From Octopus vulgaris (taxonomy: Eukaryota), in NCBI GenBank assembly GCA_951406725.2, contig OX597832.1, forward strand, positions 5,332,001 to 5,396,000: a stretch of 64,000 nt of DNA. The letters run 5' to 3'. Under the pieces are notes generated by a model. It did not search any database. It was given only the letters and a program-made list of their open reading frames with translations, and was not told where the DNA came from. Numbering within the stretch: position 1 is the stretch's first letter; the number at the start of each line of letters is the position of its first letter. A program made the position numbers and the translations under genes. Positions 23,871-36,801 of the stretch are shown here, one piece after another.

Positions 23871-24029
23871 AGGAGGGGTCGGAGACAAACAATGGACAGT
23901 CTTACAGGGGAGGGGATTCCATTAATGCTTGTTGTAATTACAGTATGAGGATCAGGATGATAAGACGTTATGATTTAAAAATTTTGATGAATATATAGTT
24001 AAAAATATTAAATTTAATTAACTTTCCAG

Positions 24030-24990
24030 CCGGGTTCTATTGCAACCCGTCAGTTTTGAAGCTTCATGTTTGCTTTTATTATTTGACCGAGAAAAATTGT
24101 TTTCTTCCTTCTTCTTCATTTACCAGCTACATTAGTACGCCTCCATATATACGCAACTTTCTTACTACATTTTATCATCTTTTCTCATACACGCTATGAG
24201 GCAGGTTCTTTCTCTCCAGACGGATCTTCCTCACGAGGTGGAAGTTGAACCAACTTTCCAACCCGTGTCCGGAGATGAAATAACCTGTCACAATCCCTTT
24301 CGCTCTTGTTCGCCACACTGTCTCTTTCAGTATGGCTACTACGCAGAAAAAGGCTGTCTTCCTTTCCCTGTTATAGGAGGGAAGCTGTAAGATCTTAACT
24401 ATGGACTCAGTCGAGAGCCGTACTATTTTCCCATCTGACATCAGTTGTTCGACATAAGCCACCAATCCCCTCAACTCTCCGCAATGTACGAAGGTGTGCG
24501 CGACAGTTTCACTAACGCGCCCGCACCTCGGACATGTAGGTAGGGGTGTTATAACCATGTCTGGACAATCCCTCCCGAATTGGTAAAGCCGAACGATAGC
24601 ACAACCAAGTCAATGATTTCTGGAAATTATCCAGGTACATCGGCTCGAATGTCCTCGCAAACAGGCTCTACCGATCCTCTATAAAAATCCGCAGTGGTAA
24701 ATCTCTCTGCTGGTATTGCTCGCACAGGAGAACAGATTGAGTGCTCTCGACAGACACTAAGTGGCGCGAATTTAGAAACGTTCCTTTATATAAGGGATGA
24801 ACCAGAAGCTTCCAGAATGTATGAGAACTTTCTAGAAGGTCGAGGGAGATTACTCTCGTTAAGACTCTTTTCCGCTTTGCTTTCCAGGTCGACCGCCAGG
24901 GTTCACTACATTACTCCTTCCTCAGACGAGCAGTCGATAAGCAGAATCATTGTAGTGATCCGGGGCAGATACGAAGCAAAACGAGATATC
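24030..24990 (-). mobile_element. Tx1/L1 ORF2 3' fragment (zf-RVT region)
   Basis: ORF 24175-24558: CPRCGRVSETVAHTFVHC...VWRTR; homologous to 50056-50322. Confidence 0.85.
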
Positions 24991-26100
24991 AGAAACATGT
25001 GCCTGCAAAACAAGTAGTAAAATAGAAAAAAAATCAATACATGCATCATGATAGATACTGAATATAATTGCAGAGTTTGGTGCAGTAAACCTTTAGCTAC
25101 GCAGCTTTGCACATCAAACTAAATGCAAAACATGGCTAAATGAAAAATGCAATGTGAAAACATGCATGGGAAAAATGTTTGTGAATAAACGTTTTGTAAA
25201 AGGAATAACAAACAGTTTGTTTTTTAACACAAAATTAAATATACATAGTTCTGGATAATTTTTGTGTGAGTGCGACAGTACATGATAAGGTCCAGAATAA
25301 GGTGTATGCAGCATATTAAATATGTAACACTACAAAAAGGAAGCTGAAGGAGGCTCTTCGTAGCTTGCCGCCCGGGAAGGTGGTTTCCGCGAGACAGAGC
25401 AAGCGAAACCTGACGTGCAAGCGTGATAGCAATTGTCCAGGAAAATGGAAATCGCAGGATGCGAAAGTCAAGGTGTAAGAGAGTGTAATATTGGCATAAG
25501 TAGTGCCATGATTTTTATCTGCAAGAGTGGTGGGTCGCTTGCAGCGGCTGAAATGGTGTAGGTGCTAGAAAAGCGACAGTGACTAGCGAAACGAGTCAAA
25601 CCATAAGGATTGCGGCAAAAGAAGGGAGTTCCAACATGCAAGAGATTTGGTGTTGATCAGGCACCAAAGGAAGAAAATGCATGGAATGCTATGTGATGCA
25701 AAGAAAAAAAAAACTGCGTTTATAAGAGGTGGTTTGTGCGTCTTACAAGCCTAAGAAGAAACGCATGGCAAAACATTTTTTGCCGGAAGGAACTTTTTGC
25801 CGGATGAGAAAGGCTTGAGAAAAGCATCCTGCTAGGTTAAACCTAGAAATGTGTGGGACTGGATAGAATGAGGCAGACAGCATGTATGTGTGTATGTATG
25901 TATGAATGTATGTTGAGCAATAAAATAATGTGCAAGTGTAACTGCTGAAAGCACTGTGAAGCAACACCGATTCCAGAGTCTGATGCAGTATCCTCCAGCG
26001 AAAGCTGTGCATCGGCGACTGAGTGTGCAAGGTGAGGTGTTGAATAGAGGGCGTTTCACAGCGTCAAAAGGCATGTTACAGAATGGATGCACATGTAAGT
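24990..26100 (-). mobile_element. Highly decayed Gypsy remnant
   Basis: AFDAVK..LAHSVADAQLSLEDTASDSGIG (RNase H start) near 25960-26070; PYSGPYHVL (integrase GPY/F tail) near 25270-25314. Confidence 0.55.
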
Positions 26101-26258
26101 ATCAGAAAATGCAAGAAAAAATGCAACATAATGAACATAAAGAAATTGGAACAGAAAAGCTCACGATGACGCTGAAAAAAATATGAAAGAAAAACAAGAA
26201 AACATGCAAAATGTTCAATTCGTTGAATAACTGTTCCAGTGAATGCCATTAAGAAATT

Positions 26259-26690
26259 TTAACGTCTCGTAATATCAGTTTTCCCTTTACTTGAAACAAA
26301 TTACAATTTCCTTTTTAGTACAAATCATTAGTAAATCGGTGTATTTTCTCTTAATTCTTTTAATCATTCTCAATACATTTAATTAAGATAAACGTATTTG
26401 ACGTCATTATTAATGGCACAGGCACGGTATATAGATAGTGTGTATGTGTGTGTGTGATTCTATGTATGTATGTATGTACACGTGATTTGACATGACCTTA
26501 GATTGACGTAAGGAGTTGTATGGAGTACGAATAGAAATATAACAAACATCGATTGAAAAAGAGAAAAAAATATGAAAAAGAGATGAAATGAGGAGAAAAC
26601 CAGCAACAGTGAAAAGAGGAGAAAATATGGGAATAATAATGTTTTGGACGATCATATATTATATTGATATAAATACACTCAATATTGGTT
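26259..26690 (+). repeat. Local direct duplication, copy 2
   Basis: Near-identical to 21944-22424. Confidence 0.95.
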
Positions 26691-29505
26691 GGTGAAAAAA
26701 AATGTCGCATTTCGGATTAGGAAGCTGTTTGAAGTACCGTCCAACTGTACGATGCTCAGAGTGACTGAAATTTTTTGTTTAAGACTACAAAACTGGTTGC
26801 TGTATAGAAGTTGGTGAAGGAACGATTCGAAATTAGAGTTGAAACCGTGGCAGTGGTGACGTTAGCACTGTGGTCAGGTGCGAAGGCTGAGGCGGTGACT
26901 GTCGCGTAGTTGGTAGGGAACAAACATTTTCGTTCGCAAACATAGAATTCCGTCTTCTATTCTTAGTTGGTCACGCATGCGCTTGAAAGGGAGGTCGCAC
27001 TTGTTTCGCAAAGTCCATTTTCCGGATTTGACCATGCGTTTGATTCGCTGAATGTGTCTGTCGTATTAAGTAATATTTTTCACATGAGCGATATACGTGG
27101 CTCCAAACAGAATGTTAATCACTTGCACAACTGCAAAGACAATTTCCTCGTCCGCTACTTGCAATCTCGACATTGTGATATATAAAAATTATATATAAAA
27201 ATTAAACGCCATCAGTTGAGTAGACCATCGTCCGAATCTAGCAGAAGCATTCATAGGGATCGACTTTTTTGGGTGGAAGTTATATTTTAAAGGTCTATGA
27301 TCCATATTGTGTTTAAACCTTTTACCAAGCAGAAATTGTTTGAGACGGGTAACGGCCCATATAATGGCAAATGCTTCGCGTTCGATATTTGACCAGTTAG
27401 TTTCAGCGGGTGTCAATTTTCTTGACACATATAGAACAGGGTGACCGTTTTGTGAAAGCATTGCTGCAATGCTGTTCATTGATGCATCCATCGTCAGCTC
27501 GTTAGCTAATTTAGGATCAAATGATTTCAACACTGGTTCTTGGCATAGCTCGTCTTTAATATTCTCAAATTCATGTTGGCACTTGTCTGTCCACTGAAAA
27601 CGATCAACAGTTAGTTTCTGCATGCTAATTGTTTTCTCACTGAAATTTGAAATGAATCACCCAAAATATCCGATTAGTCCAAGAAAGGATCGCAGTTTCT
27701 CAGTATTTTTGACTGATTTAATGCCATGATTCTCTAAGCGAGTTCTTTTGCGATATCACACGGCCTAAAAATGTGATGTTTGTAGTCTTTTGAACACCTT
27801 TTTTTTTGTTGACACTGACTTGTTTCTTGCGTAATCTTTCGAGGATGGCATTTAAATGTTTATTCAGGCTTTCTTCCATCTTAGCAAAAAAGATTATATC
27901 GTCTTGGTAGGCGATGAAAGATTTTAGTCCCTTGAGCACTACATTCTCTATAACATGCTGAAAAATTGCAGAACCATTTTTCATCACCACCTGCAATCGC
28001 GTAACCAATTATACCCCTCTTGTAATATTGATGGCGCAGAGTTTCTGAATATTTTCATCGATCTGTCAATATGCCAATATGCGTCGGTTAACTCAATCTG
28101 AGCGAAGAATCTTGTACCACTAAGCTTGCTGAATATGGTTTCTATTTGTGGCAAAGGATAAGCGTCCGTGCATATCTTTTCATTTAGGTGAACTTTGTAG
28201 TCGGGATGCATACGCAGTTGTTCATTTTCTATTCTAAACCACACGACTGGAGAAATATTGACCTTGCTACCCAGAGCGCATTTCTTAATTACACCTTTGG
28301 CTTCCACTGCATCTACTTCCTTTGCTACATCTTCCTCAAGAGTAATACGCATGCTTCTGGTGGCACAGAATTTATCAGAGGCATTAGATATTAATTTAAC
28401 AGAAGCTTGCACACCTTTTATCGTCGGCAGAAATGACTCAACGCTGCAATTGTTTCAGCATTGAGCAGGTCACGACCTAGTAGACCATACCTGCGGTCCC
28501 TTTAATTATTTAAAAATTATGGAGGGATTGCAGACTTCCTCGTTTCACCGTAAGGCAAGCGTCCCCAATGCATTCCATGTGGTGCCTATCGTACGATCAG
28601 TATGAAGAATGTTGCCATGTTATCGTCACGCTGATATCTTTTGCTATTACGGATGAGATAATGCTGCAGGGGTAACCGTATCATGCATCATATGTCCATT
28701 GAGTGAGATTCATACATGGGTTTTTCCGATTCGTGAGCTGCGATCATTCCTGGTACTTTTGCAAAATTTTGTATAGTGGCCTTTCTTACCACAGTTTTTT
28801 CAGATAGCTTTTATTGCAGAGAATTTGTGTTATGGGAACCTAAGTTTTCCACAGCGGTAACAGTATTTGTCGCTCAAAATTTTTCTTTTATCTTGTGCGG
28901 TCGTTTTGGAATAGGTAATGACTTTCTCTTTTGAATTGTCTTGCAGAATTCAGTTATTTGCGAAGAACGATGTAAAAATTGTACAGTAGCTTCTGAACTG
29001 AGTTCGTTAACTTCATTAGCTTGAAGAACTTTCTTTCCTCGCTGCTTCTTAGACCGACAACCAACTGAGGCAGTATGTGTTTTTCACTCACTGACGTTTT
29101 AGACTTTCAGAATCGCAGCATTCACTGGCGTGTCGTAGATTTGAAAGAAATTGAGAAATTGACTCATTGAGTTGTTGAATAGTGGAGAAGAATTTTGTTC
29201 TTTCAGCTGATATCAGTTTCTTTGAAGGAGCAACATGATTTAGAATCGAATTTTTTAAGTCACCGTAAGTCATTTCCATAATATTCTTCAGGATATTAAT
29301 ATCTCGGATCATTTTTAATGCTTGTATTCTTACCAAAAGAAATTAATTTCATAGCCATAGGACTTTGGTCATTATTTTGAAGGTTATCCTTTTATTCGTC
29401 CACGTAAGCTTTTGCTTCGAATGCCATGAGCCAGGTTGAGACGTCTTTGACCGACTCTAAGTATATGTCACCAAGAGATCTTCTCTGGTCTCTCGGCGAT
29501 GCAAT
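26691..29505 (-). mobile_element. Gypsy (Mag-like) LTR retrotransposon internal region, integrase missing
   Basis: gag (AERTKFFSTIQQLNESISQFLSNLR), two knuckles CYRCGK / NCGKKGH, RT (AYPLPQIE, AYQDDI), RNase H (TMDAS..NWSNIEREAFAIIWAV..DHRPL); stops and frameshifts. Confidence 0.9.
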
Positions 29506-29696
29506 TGTCAAGTTTTGTAATCTGCTTATTTTGTAAGCACAGGTATAGAAACAAGGATCAAATAGACGTAAGTTGCGAATTTCTAATCTCACCGTAGCGG
29601 AAGTACAACCAACAGCAGAATGTATGAGAGGTAACAACATCAACCGTGATCCTGTAGCGATGGAATCAATTGTGTGTCCCCGTTTATTTTTTAATT

Positions 29697-31937
29697 TAAT
29701 TTATATTATTTTTTAATGAGGCATTTGTTTTTATTCACCATAAAGGTTAAGACACAGAAAGGACAATACAGGACAGGCAAAATATCGGGGTCAAAATGGC
29801 ATATGGATAATGAAAAGGTGGAAATGATAAAAATGGAGTGATGGATACGAGGACCCCACAACCACGCATCATCACTGATCTTCTTTTAGAATCGCTGGTT
29901 CTTTCGTTCAAGTCATCTCACACATGTAACAAGATGCACATTCTCCATTTACAACATATAACAATGAAACTCACATTCAATCATCACACTTACACATGTA
30001 GCAAGGCATACACTGTTCATTCACAGTACGGGACACACATGTAGCAAGGCATACACTGTTCATTCACAGTACGGGACACACATGTAGCAAGGCATACACT
30101 GTTCATTCACAGTACGGGACAGTCAAACTGAGTTGGAACAGCATCTGATTAAATAACTCATGAAAAAGGAACATTGTATTGTCTTTTGAGTTCGCTGGCG
30201 TTCGGGTTTGGAGGGTCTAATTATGGAGTAATACGTGAATTTCTGTCTGTATATTTAGCTAGGGTGGTTTATTTTCCCCCGGTGTTGCTGGCGGAGATAT
30301 ATCTTGTGTGAATGGATTATATGTGGCTTGTGGGGGTATTTCTTTTGAAATAAATGTAAAAATGTTTAGTAAAACTTCTCTGTAATGGTCCGATGTCATT
30401 TGGGTAATTTTCTTTTAAGTCTGTGTATGAAATATTGTCTATGTATATAAATTTTATATTTTCCGGTATTTTTGGGTGTGTTGGGACTGCATATGGGGTG
30501 GTATGTTCATTTCTATTCATCAGCTCTACTAAGTTGGTGTTATTCGTGTTGAATGCAGTTATGTTTATTACTGTATTTGGGGATAATGGGTTGGGGTGTT
30601 TGAGTTTTGTGTGGGGTTGTGTGCATGCGGATGTTTCGGTGTTTTTGATGATAGTGTGTGTGTGGAAGGTATTCATCTTCTTGCATTTTCTTTTTTGACC
30701 TCCCTCCAGTCGCTCTCCACTTCTTCAGGTGCAGTTGGAGTTGTTTTTTCTGGGGCGTCTCTCTTTTGTTGTCTTGTCTCTTCTCGCGCTGCTATTGGTG
30801 TGTTGTTTTGTTGTGGTATTGGTTGTCTTTTTTGGGGGTTCCTTTCGCTTTGTCGGGGGTACTATTGGTGCTTTGTCTTGTGGATATACGGTTTTAATAT
30901 GCCCTTTCATGCCGCACTTTTAGCACCTTGGCTTTCGCCCCTCCACTAATACTTTTAGTGTGGTTTCTTCCGGCAGTAAAATTTGATCTGGCAATTCTTC
31001 CAGGTCTTGCTGGGTGGCCTGGAGTACCAGTTCCAGGCCTTGGCCCTATCTGTTCTGCTGGTGCATCTTAGTGACTTGAAGGATGTGGATTTTATCCTCC
31101 AGTGTAGCAGTACAGCTGCCTCCAGCCACACCACGTCAATCGCCGGTGGGACTTCCCCTATTTTAATGTTTGATGTCCGCTTGCCTAAATATGTTGGCAG
31201 CAGTACCATTTCTGTTGATTTTAGGGGGTTTGACGAATGCTTCTTGGCTTCTTCTTGGTTTCCGAAGCACTTTCCTTTGGGTATGTATGTTATATTTTGC
31301 TATATCGGCTGTAGGCATTTTTCGATTGCCTCTTTAGTCGCCATTTCAATTTTTTTCGTTTTGAGTGACAAGGTTTTGTACACTGTTGTTTGCCTCTTTG
31401 TGATGTGTATCACTTCCACAGGTGGGGTTAGTTTTACATTGGTTCACTCTTTTTTGTAGTAAACACTTGTATTTCTCTGGTTCGTCCGGGCCGACCTGCA
31501 CTATTTTGTTCGTGATCCCGGTCACGGAAGCGTAGTTCATTCTTCCATTAACATTCGCAGGTCAGTTTCCTCATTCTCTGGCATGCTCTTGTCTTCCTTC
31601 TTTTGGCAAAATGGGAAGGAGGGCAACACCTGTTCGCACAATTCTTCCAAGAAGAAGTCTGGATCTACATATTGGGACGCATCAAATTCCATGGTGTACT
31701 GTTCGTGTAAAAACTTTCCATAAAGGAAAACAGCTCGCCTCCAAATAGGACTCACAAAAAAAAAAAAATAACGAACCCACCAAAGGAGGCGATGTGTCCA
31801 AAAGACACAGAAAACAGCAAAAGTTGTATAACAATTCAAAAGACAACGGTAATCCTAAAAGGGATTACCTACAATTTAAATGAGAGCAGCGAAAAAACAC
31901 GTCTGTTTATAATGAGAAATTAAAACAGAATTACACT
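29697..31937 (-). mobile_element. ORF1-only non-autonomous L1/Tx1-like element (HAL1-like)
   Basis: TSD TCCCCGTTTATTTT(TT)AATT at 29677-29696 and 31938-31955; 5' AGT..AGACGTG; decayed ORF1 with VEGRKPRC*KCGMKGHIKTVYP knuckle; Tx1-like tail plus A-rich end; no RT. Confidence 0.7.
29992..30120 (+). repeat. Tandem repeat, 3 x 43 bp
   Basis: ACACATGTAGCAAGGCATACACTGTTCATTCACAGTACGGGAC at 29992, 30035 and 30078. Confidence 0.95.
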
Positions 31938-32067
31938 TCCCCGTTTATTTTAATTGCAAAAACGTTCGAGTTAACAGAGAACTCATGCATGCCATGTGAC
32001 TGGCGGTTTTTAATTATTTAAACAAATGTACAACATTTGTTATATATTGATTATATGTACACGACAT

Positions 32068-32152
32068 CGATAGAATTTGAACTCAGAACGCACAGACGGA
32101 CGAAATGCCTGTAAGCAGTTTCCCCGGCGTGCTAACGATTCTGCCAGCTCAT
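32068..32152 (-). mobile_element. SINE family A 5' fragment
   Basis: Reverse complement of the head; head-to-head with the next copy. Confidence 0.75.
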
Positions 32153-32185
32153 CGATTTTAAACACACTCAATATTAACGAGCGAT

Positions 32186-32399
32186 AAGTCGGCGAGCTGA
32201 CGGAATCGTTAGCACGCCGGGCAAAATGTTTAGCGGCATTTCGTCCGTCTTCATGTCTTGAGTTCAAATTCTACTGAGGTCGACTTTGCTTTTCTTCCTT
32301 TCGGGATCGATAAAATAAGTACCAGTTGAACACTGGGGTCAATGTAACCGACTTAGCCCCTTCCGAAACCTGCCGGCCTTGTGCGGAAAATTTAAAACC
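32186..32399 (+). mobile_element. SINE family A
   Basis: Full copy; TSD CAATATTAACGAGCGAT / CAATATTAACAAGAGAT. Confidence 0.85.
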
Positions 32400-32504
32400 A
32401 ATATTAACAAGAGATGTAATTGATAAAACATAAAGAGGCAGAACAAGACGATGACAGGGGAAAGAAAGAAGTGAAGAATATGAATGGCTTGACTATATAT
32501 ATTT

Positions 32505-32848
32505 TATCTTCTTTCACTTGGACTACGGCTATGCTGGAGCACTGCTCTGAAGCGTTTTAGTCAAACAAACCGACTCCAGTACTTATTTTGTTTAAACTCT
32601 GGAATTTATTTAATAGGTCGCTTTTTGCCAAACCTCTGAAATGCGGGGAAATAAACAAACTAACACCGGTAGTCAAGCGGTGGTGAGGACACAAACACAC
32701 ACATATACATATCAAGTCCATTCACATGGCTTTGGCCGACTCGGAACTATAATAAAAAGCACTTGTCCAAGATGACACGCAGTGGAACTGAACCCGGATC
32801 CATGTGGTTAGGAAACAAACAGTTTACGACATAGCCATGACTGTACCT
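32505..32848 (-). mobile_element. SINE family B
   Basis: Reverse-complement match to 47971-48375 with an internal deletion. Confidence 0.8.
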
Positions 32849-34025
32849 AAACAGCATTCTCTGCCCATAAATCGGAAAATGCTTGTAATTGAATTTAGCA
32901 AATGTTTAATAATTGCATTTTTCATAAAAACTCAACTATTATTTCCGTGGGGAAAGGTTTTAATGCTTCAATTTTAAAAATTTTGAAATGTTTGTATCCT
33001 TTTTTAAAATTTGAAAATACTTTTCCATGAAAATAAAAAAGTAAGAATATTATTTTGGTTGGAAAAACTTAAATTTTTCAGTTAAAAATTGAAAATGTCT
33101 TCAAGCTGAAATGGAAAATAATATCTTAAACTGTATACATATTTTCTGGTAAATAAAACAATAACTGGTATATATCACATACTGTATAGACAAATACTTT
33201 TTGTATGTGTGTGTGTGTGTGTGCACATACACAAGTTCGTACATTTTTTCAACTGCTGGTGTTTAAACATGATTTTGTTTTTCACGTGACAGAAGCGTGT
33301 GCCATTTTGTTTTTTCTGAAACGTGACATTGCAATATGCATTTCCTTACAATTACAGTGTGGGTAGTTTGTTTCTAATGTTTATACGTTAAAAGTGAAAA
33401 TGGAGGAAAATGAGATGCAATTTCATCATGTGATGCAACTTTTCCTGAAAGGTAATGATAAAAAAAAGCTGTTTTACAAAAAGCAAAAAAGGATATGTGT
33501 TGTTTATGAAAATAGTGCCATAGATAAGAGGTTTGTTTCTAAGTAGGTTGCTAGGTTTATGAATGAAATTTTTTTTTTATCAAGAAGGCTGTTATGTTCC
33601 GGCAGGCCTACAGTTGTTAATAACCAAATCGAAATGCTAATAAAGAATAATCCAGGTTACATGACACGAGACATTGTAGAGACACACCATACGTCTCATA
33701 TGAACGTCACAACGCATTTAAAAAGCAACCGGATACATGATCACTATGACGTTTGAGTGCCTCATAATTAACAAAAAAAATAATGGAGTGCATTTCCATC
33801 TACGATTCTCAGTTCAAACACGACAAAGGACGATCAATGTGGAGTGAAAAAGTTCTTGGAGAAAACGAAATGAACCACGTTTAATCCCTCCAAAAGCCGG
33901 TCAGTATCCGAAGAAGGCGATGTTCTGTATCTGGCGTGATTGGAAGGGCATTGTGTATTACGAGCTCCTTCCGCAAAAATCAGATGAATTCAGACAATTA
34001 TTGTTCCCAATTAGATCGATTAAAG

Positions 34026-36801
34026 CAGTGCTGCCCATCGTCCGGCCCACGAAGCCTTAGATTCCGGCCCGCTAGTCGGTCTTCAATTTATGGGTATCTG
34101 CAAAACAATTTACAAAAAATCACATTCAAGTATCCTCTTTATGTTGAGGAAGTGTGCTATACGCAGGTCTTCTCCATACGCAGGTCTTCTCCATACGTCA
34201 TTATGAGGCGTGATTTATCTGTGACAGAGATAGTTTTAAGCATGCTGAGTCAGCTGCTGACCGTGTTGTGGATGAATACCGATTTTCGGTGGTTGAAAAC
34301 TGTTAAGTCAAGCCGGCTCGAGCCAGCAGCCAATCACTACATCGCTCAATTAATGGGGGAAATCACCGCCTAAGAATTTCATTAGATTTTGTGCTTAAAG
34401 ACCGATTCTCGGTAGATGAATGAATAATTCTATAAAACTGGCATTTGAGGTGATTTAATTTCAAATTTACTCAGGCACAACTTTTGATACGGAAGCCTTC
34501 TTATACCGATGAGCAAATTACAGTAGTTTCTTTTTCACAATAAATTTCAAATTTTGTTCATCCATAACGTCGGCTAGAAAAATCAGAAAAGTAGACAAGG
34601 AGAATCGCAGGTTTAATGAGGCATGGACAAATTTATATTTCTTCGTGGAATCAAATGCAAAATGTCTCTGTCTGATCTGTGGTGAAACAGTCGCAGTTCC
34701 AAAAGTTGAAAATGTGAAACGGCATTACACACTAAAGCACGCTTCGACCCATAATCTTTATGAAGGAGATCAACGCAAGGAGAAAGTACTTTTACTTCAA
34801 AGGAATTTAGTCTCGCAACAGAATATTTTTCGGAAAATAGATGATGGATCGAAAAAATACACCAAAGTAAGTTTCGTCATTGCTGAAAAGATTGCACGCA
34901 ACATGAAACCTTTTTCGGAAGGAGACTTTATCAAAGAATATATCACCTCGGCGATTGAAATTCTGTGCCCAGAGAAAGAGAAAGCTATAAAATGTGTTAG
35001 CTTTTGCGTAATGCAATAACCCGAAGGATTGAAGAACTGGCCGAAAATACGAAAATGCAGTTGAACGAACTTTGTAAAAACTTCGAAACTTACAGCATTG
35101 CCATCGACGATTCTACTGACATGACTGATACACCACAACTAGCTATTTTCGTGAGAGGTGTTGATTCAAGTTTTAATATCACTGAAGAATTACTTGCTCT
35201 ATGTCCAATGAAAGAAAATTGCACAAAAGAAATCGATATTGCACTTGAAAAGGCGGGACTGACTTACGATCGCCTGGTGGGAATTGCTACCGATGGTGCA
35301 CCGGCTATGATCGGCAAGAAACAAGGCTTGCGTGGTTTCGTCCAAAGAAAACTGGAATCCCTGAATGTGAGTAAAGACCAACTATTGTGGTACCATTGCA
35401 TTATACATCAGGAATCACTTTGCTCCAAAATCATTAAGTTTGATCACGTCATGGATAATGTTGTGAAAGCTGTCAACTTCATTCGGAGTCGCGCGTTAAA
35501 TCATCGACAGTTTCGAAATTTTCTCGATGCGATAAACGCCGAATTTGCTGGTATCCCTTACTTTGCCGAAATCAGGTGGCTCAGCCGTGGCCGTACTTTG
35601 AAACGCTTTTACGATATTCGAGAACATGTGGCAGCATTTCTTGAAGTAAAAGGAAATTTATGCATCAATTTTGATGACAAATGGATGAATGTTTTTTCCT
35701 TTCTTGTGGACATTACACACAAGCTGAATGAGTTGAATGTGCGGTTACAAGGAAAAGAAAAACTCATCCATAATTTGTTTAGGGAGGTGACAGCTTTCCA
35801 AAAGAAACTGGATTTGTGGATTACTCAAATTGCTGACAGCAATTATGCTCACTTCCCTTGCCTTCAGGAACAGCCGCACATTTCAGCCATAAATCGGGAA
35901 TTCTTTGTGAGCGAGTTAAAACGGATGCAGGAAGAATTTGCCAGGAGATTTAAGGATTTCCGTGCTTGTGAAGACCAGCTGAAAAACTTTTCAATGCCTT
36001 TTGGCGTGGATCCTGCTGATGCCCACGTTGTACTTCAAATGGAATTGAATGAATTGCAAAGTGACTTTGATGCCAAGAGTCAGTTTTTAAATAGGAATCT
36101 GATGGACTTCTACAAATGCAGTCTGCTTCACACGCAATGTCCAAATCTTACTTGCTACTCAAAACGCTTTCTCGTTTTGTTCGGTTCGACATGGATATGT
36201 GAATACCTCTTCAGTCGCATGCAATTGGTAAAATCGAACAAAAGAAATTCTTTGAGTGATGCTCACCTCGAAGATGAACTCCGACTGGCCTTAACAAATA
36301 TTCCGGCAGACATTGAAAAGCTTCTTGATGTCTCGAAACAATTTCAAGTTTCTCACTGATATTTTCGTTCATTACCGGTATACATCTAAAATAAAATTGT
36401 TTTATCATTGAAATACAAGCCATTTATTTGAACAAATGTTTTTTTAAATCTTATTCAATTGTTAAATTTGTTTTATAGAATGTAAGGTTCTAAATCAAAT
36501 TTTTAATGGTCATTTCGTATTCATGTAATATCTGGAGACTATAATTTTTTGATAGCAGTGAAGAAGTAATAGAAATAGTATATGTAAGACCCCTATGTTT
36601 AAATTGAGTTATGAATTATAATTGTATAATGGATAATTTCTATAAATAGAATGATAGAATCAATGTTTCAGTTCTGAATACTTTTTCAAACCATTTCAGA
36701 TAGTTGTATTAAAAAATGAAAGGCTAGAAATGTGAGTCCGGCCCACTAGCATATTTTTTTCTTAAATCCGGCCCATGTTCGGAAAAGGTTGGGCAGCACT
36801 G
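34026..36801 (+). mobile_element. Full-length hAT transposon (Charlie/SPIN/GTF2IRD2-like), 2776 bp
   Basis: TIR CAGTGCTGCCCA at both ends; perfect 8-bp TSD GATTAAAG (34018-34025, 36802-36809); subterminal CCGGCCC repeats. Confidence 0.95.
34567..36359 (+). pseudogene. hAT transposase, ~597 codons, ACG at the likely start and one frameshift near 35004
   Basis: RKVDKENRRFNEAW, CLIC..NVKRHY...H (BED finger), DDSTD, TDGAPAM, HCIIHQE, RWLSRG, FGSTWICE..FSRM (dimerisation domain). Confidence 0.9.

Larger units (their letters stand above)
29506..32035 (-). mobile_element. 5' LTR of the Gypsy element, split by an insertion at 29697-31937
   Basis: Removing the insertion leaves ~0.27 kb, TGTTGTA...TTGACA on the minus strand, with AATAAA, followed by a PBS-like stretch and gag. 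Confidence 0.55.

Noticed and set aside
21944-26690. Direct repeats as LTRs of a 4.7-kb retrotransposon
   Set aside because: No TG..CA ends, PBS, PPT or TSD; the interior is a mix of unrelated fragments.
29992-30120. 43-bp repeats as a CRISPR array
   Set aside because: No spacers, no cas genes, eukaryotic context.
34567-36359. Host gene GTF2IRD2/EPM2AIP1/ZBED
   Set aside because: TIRs, TSD and insertion into a mariner show it is a transposon, not a domesticated gene.
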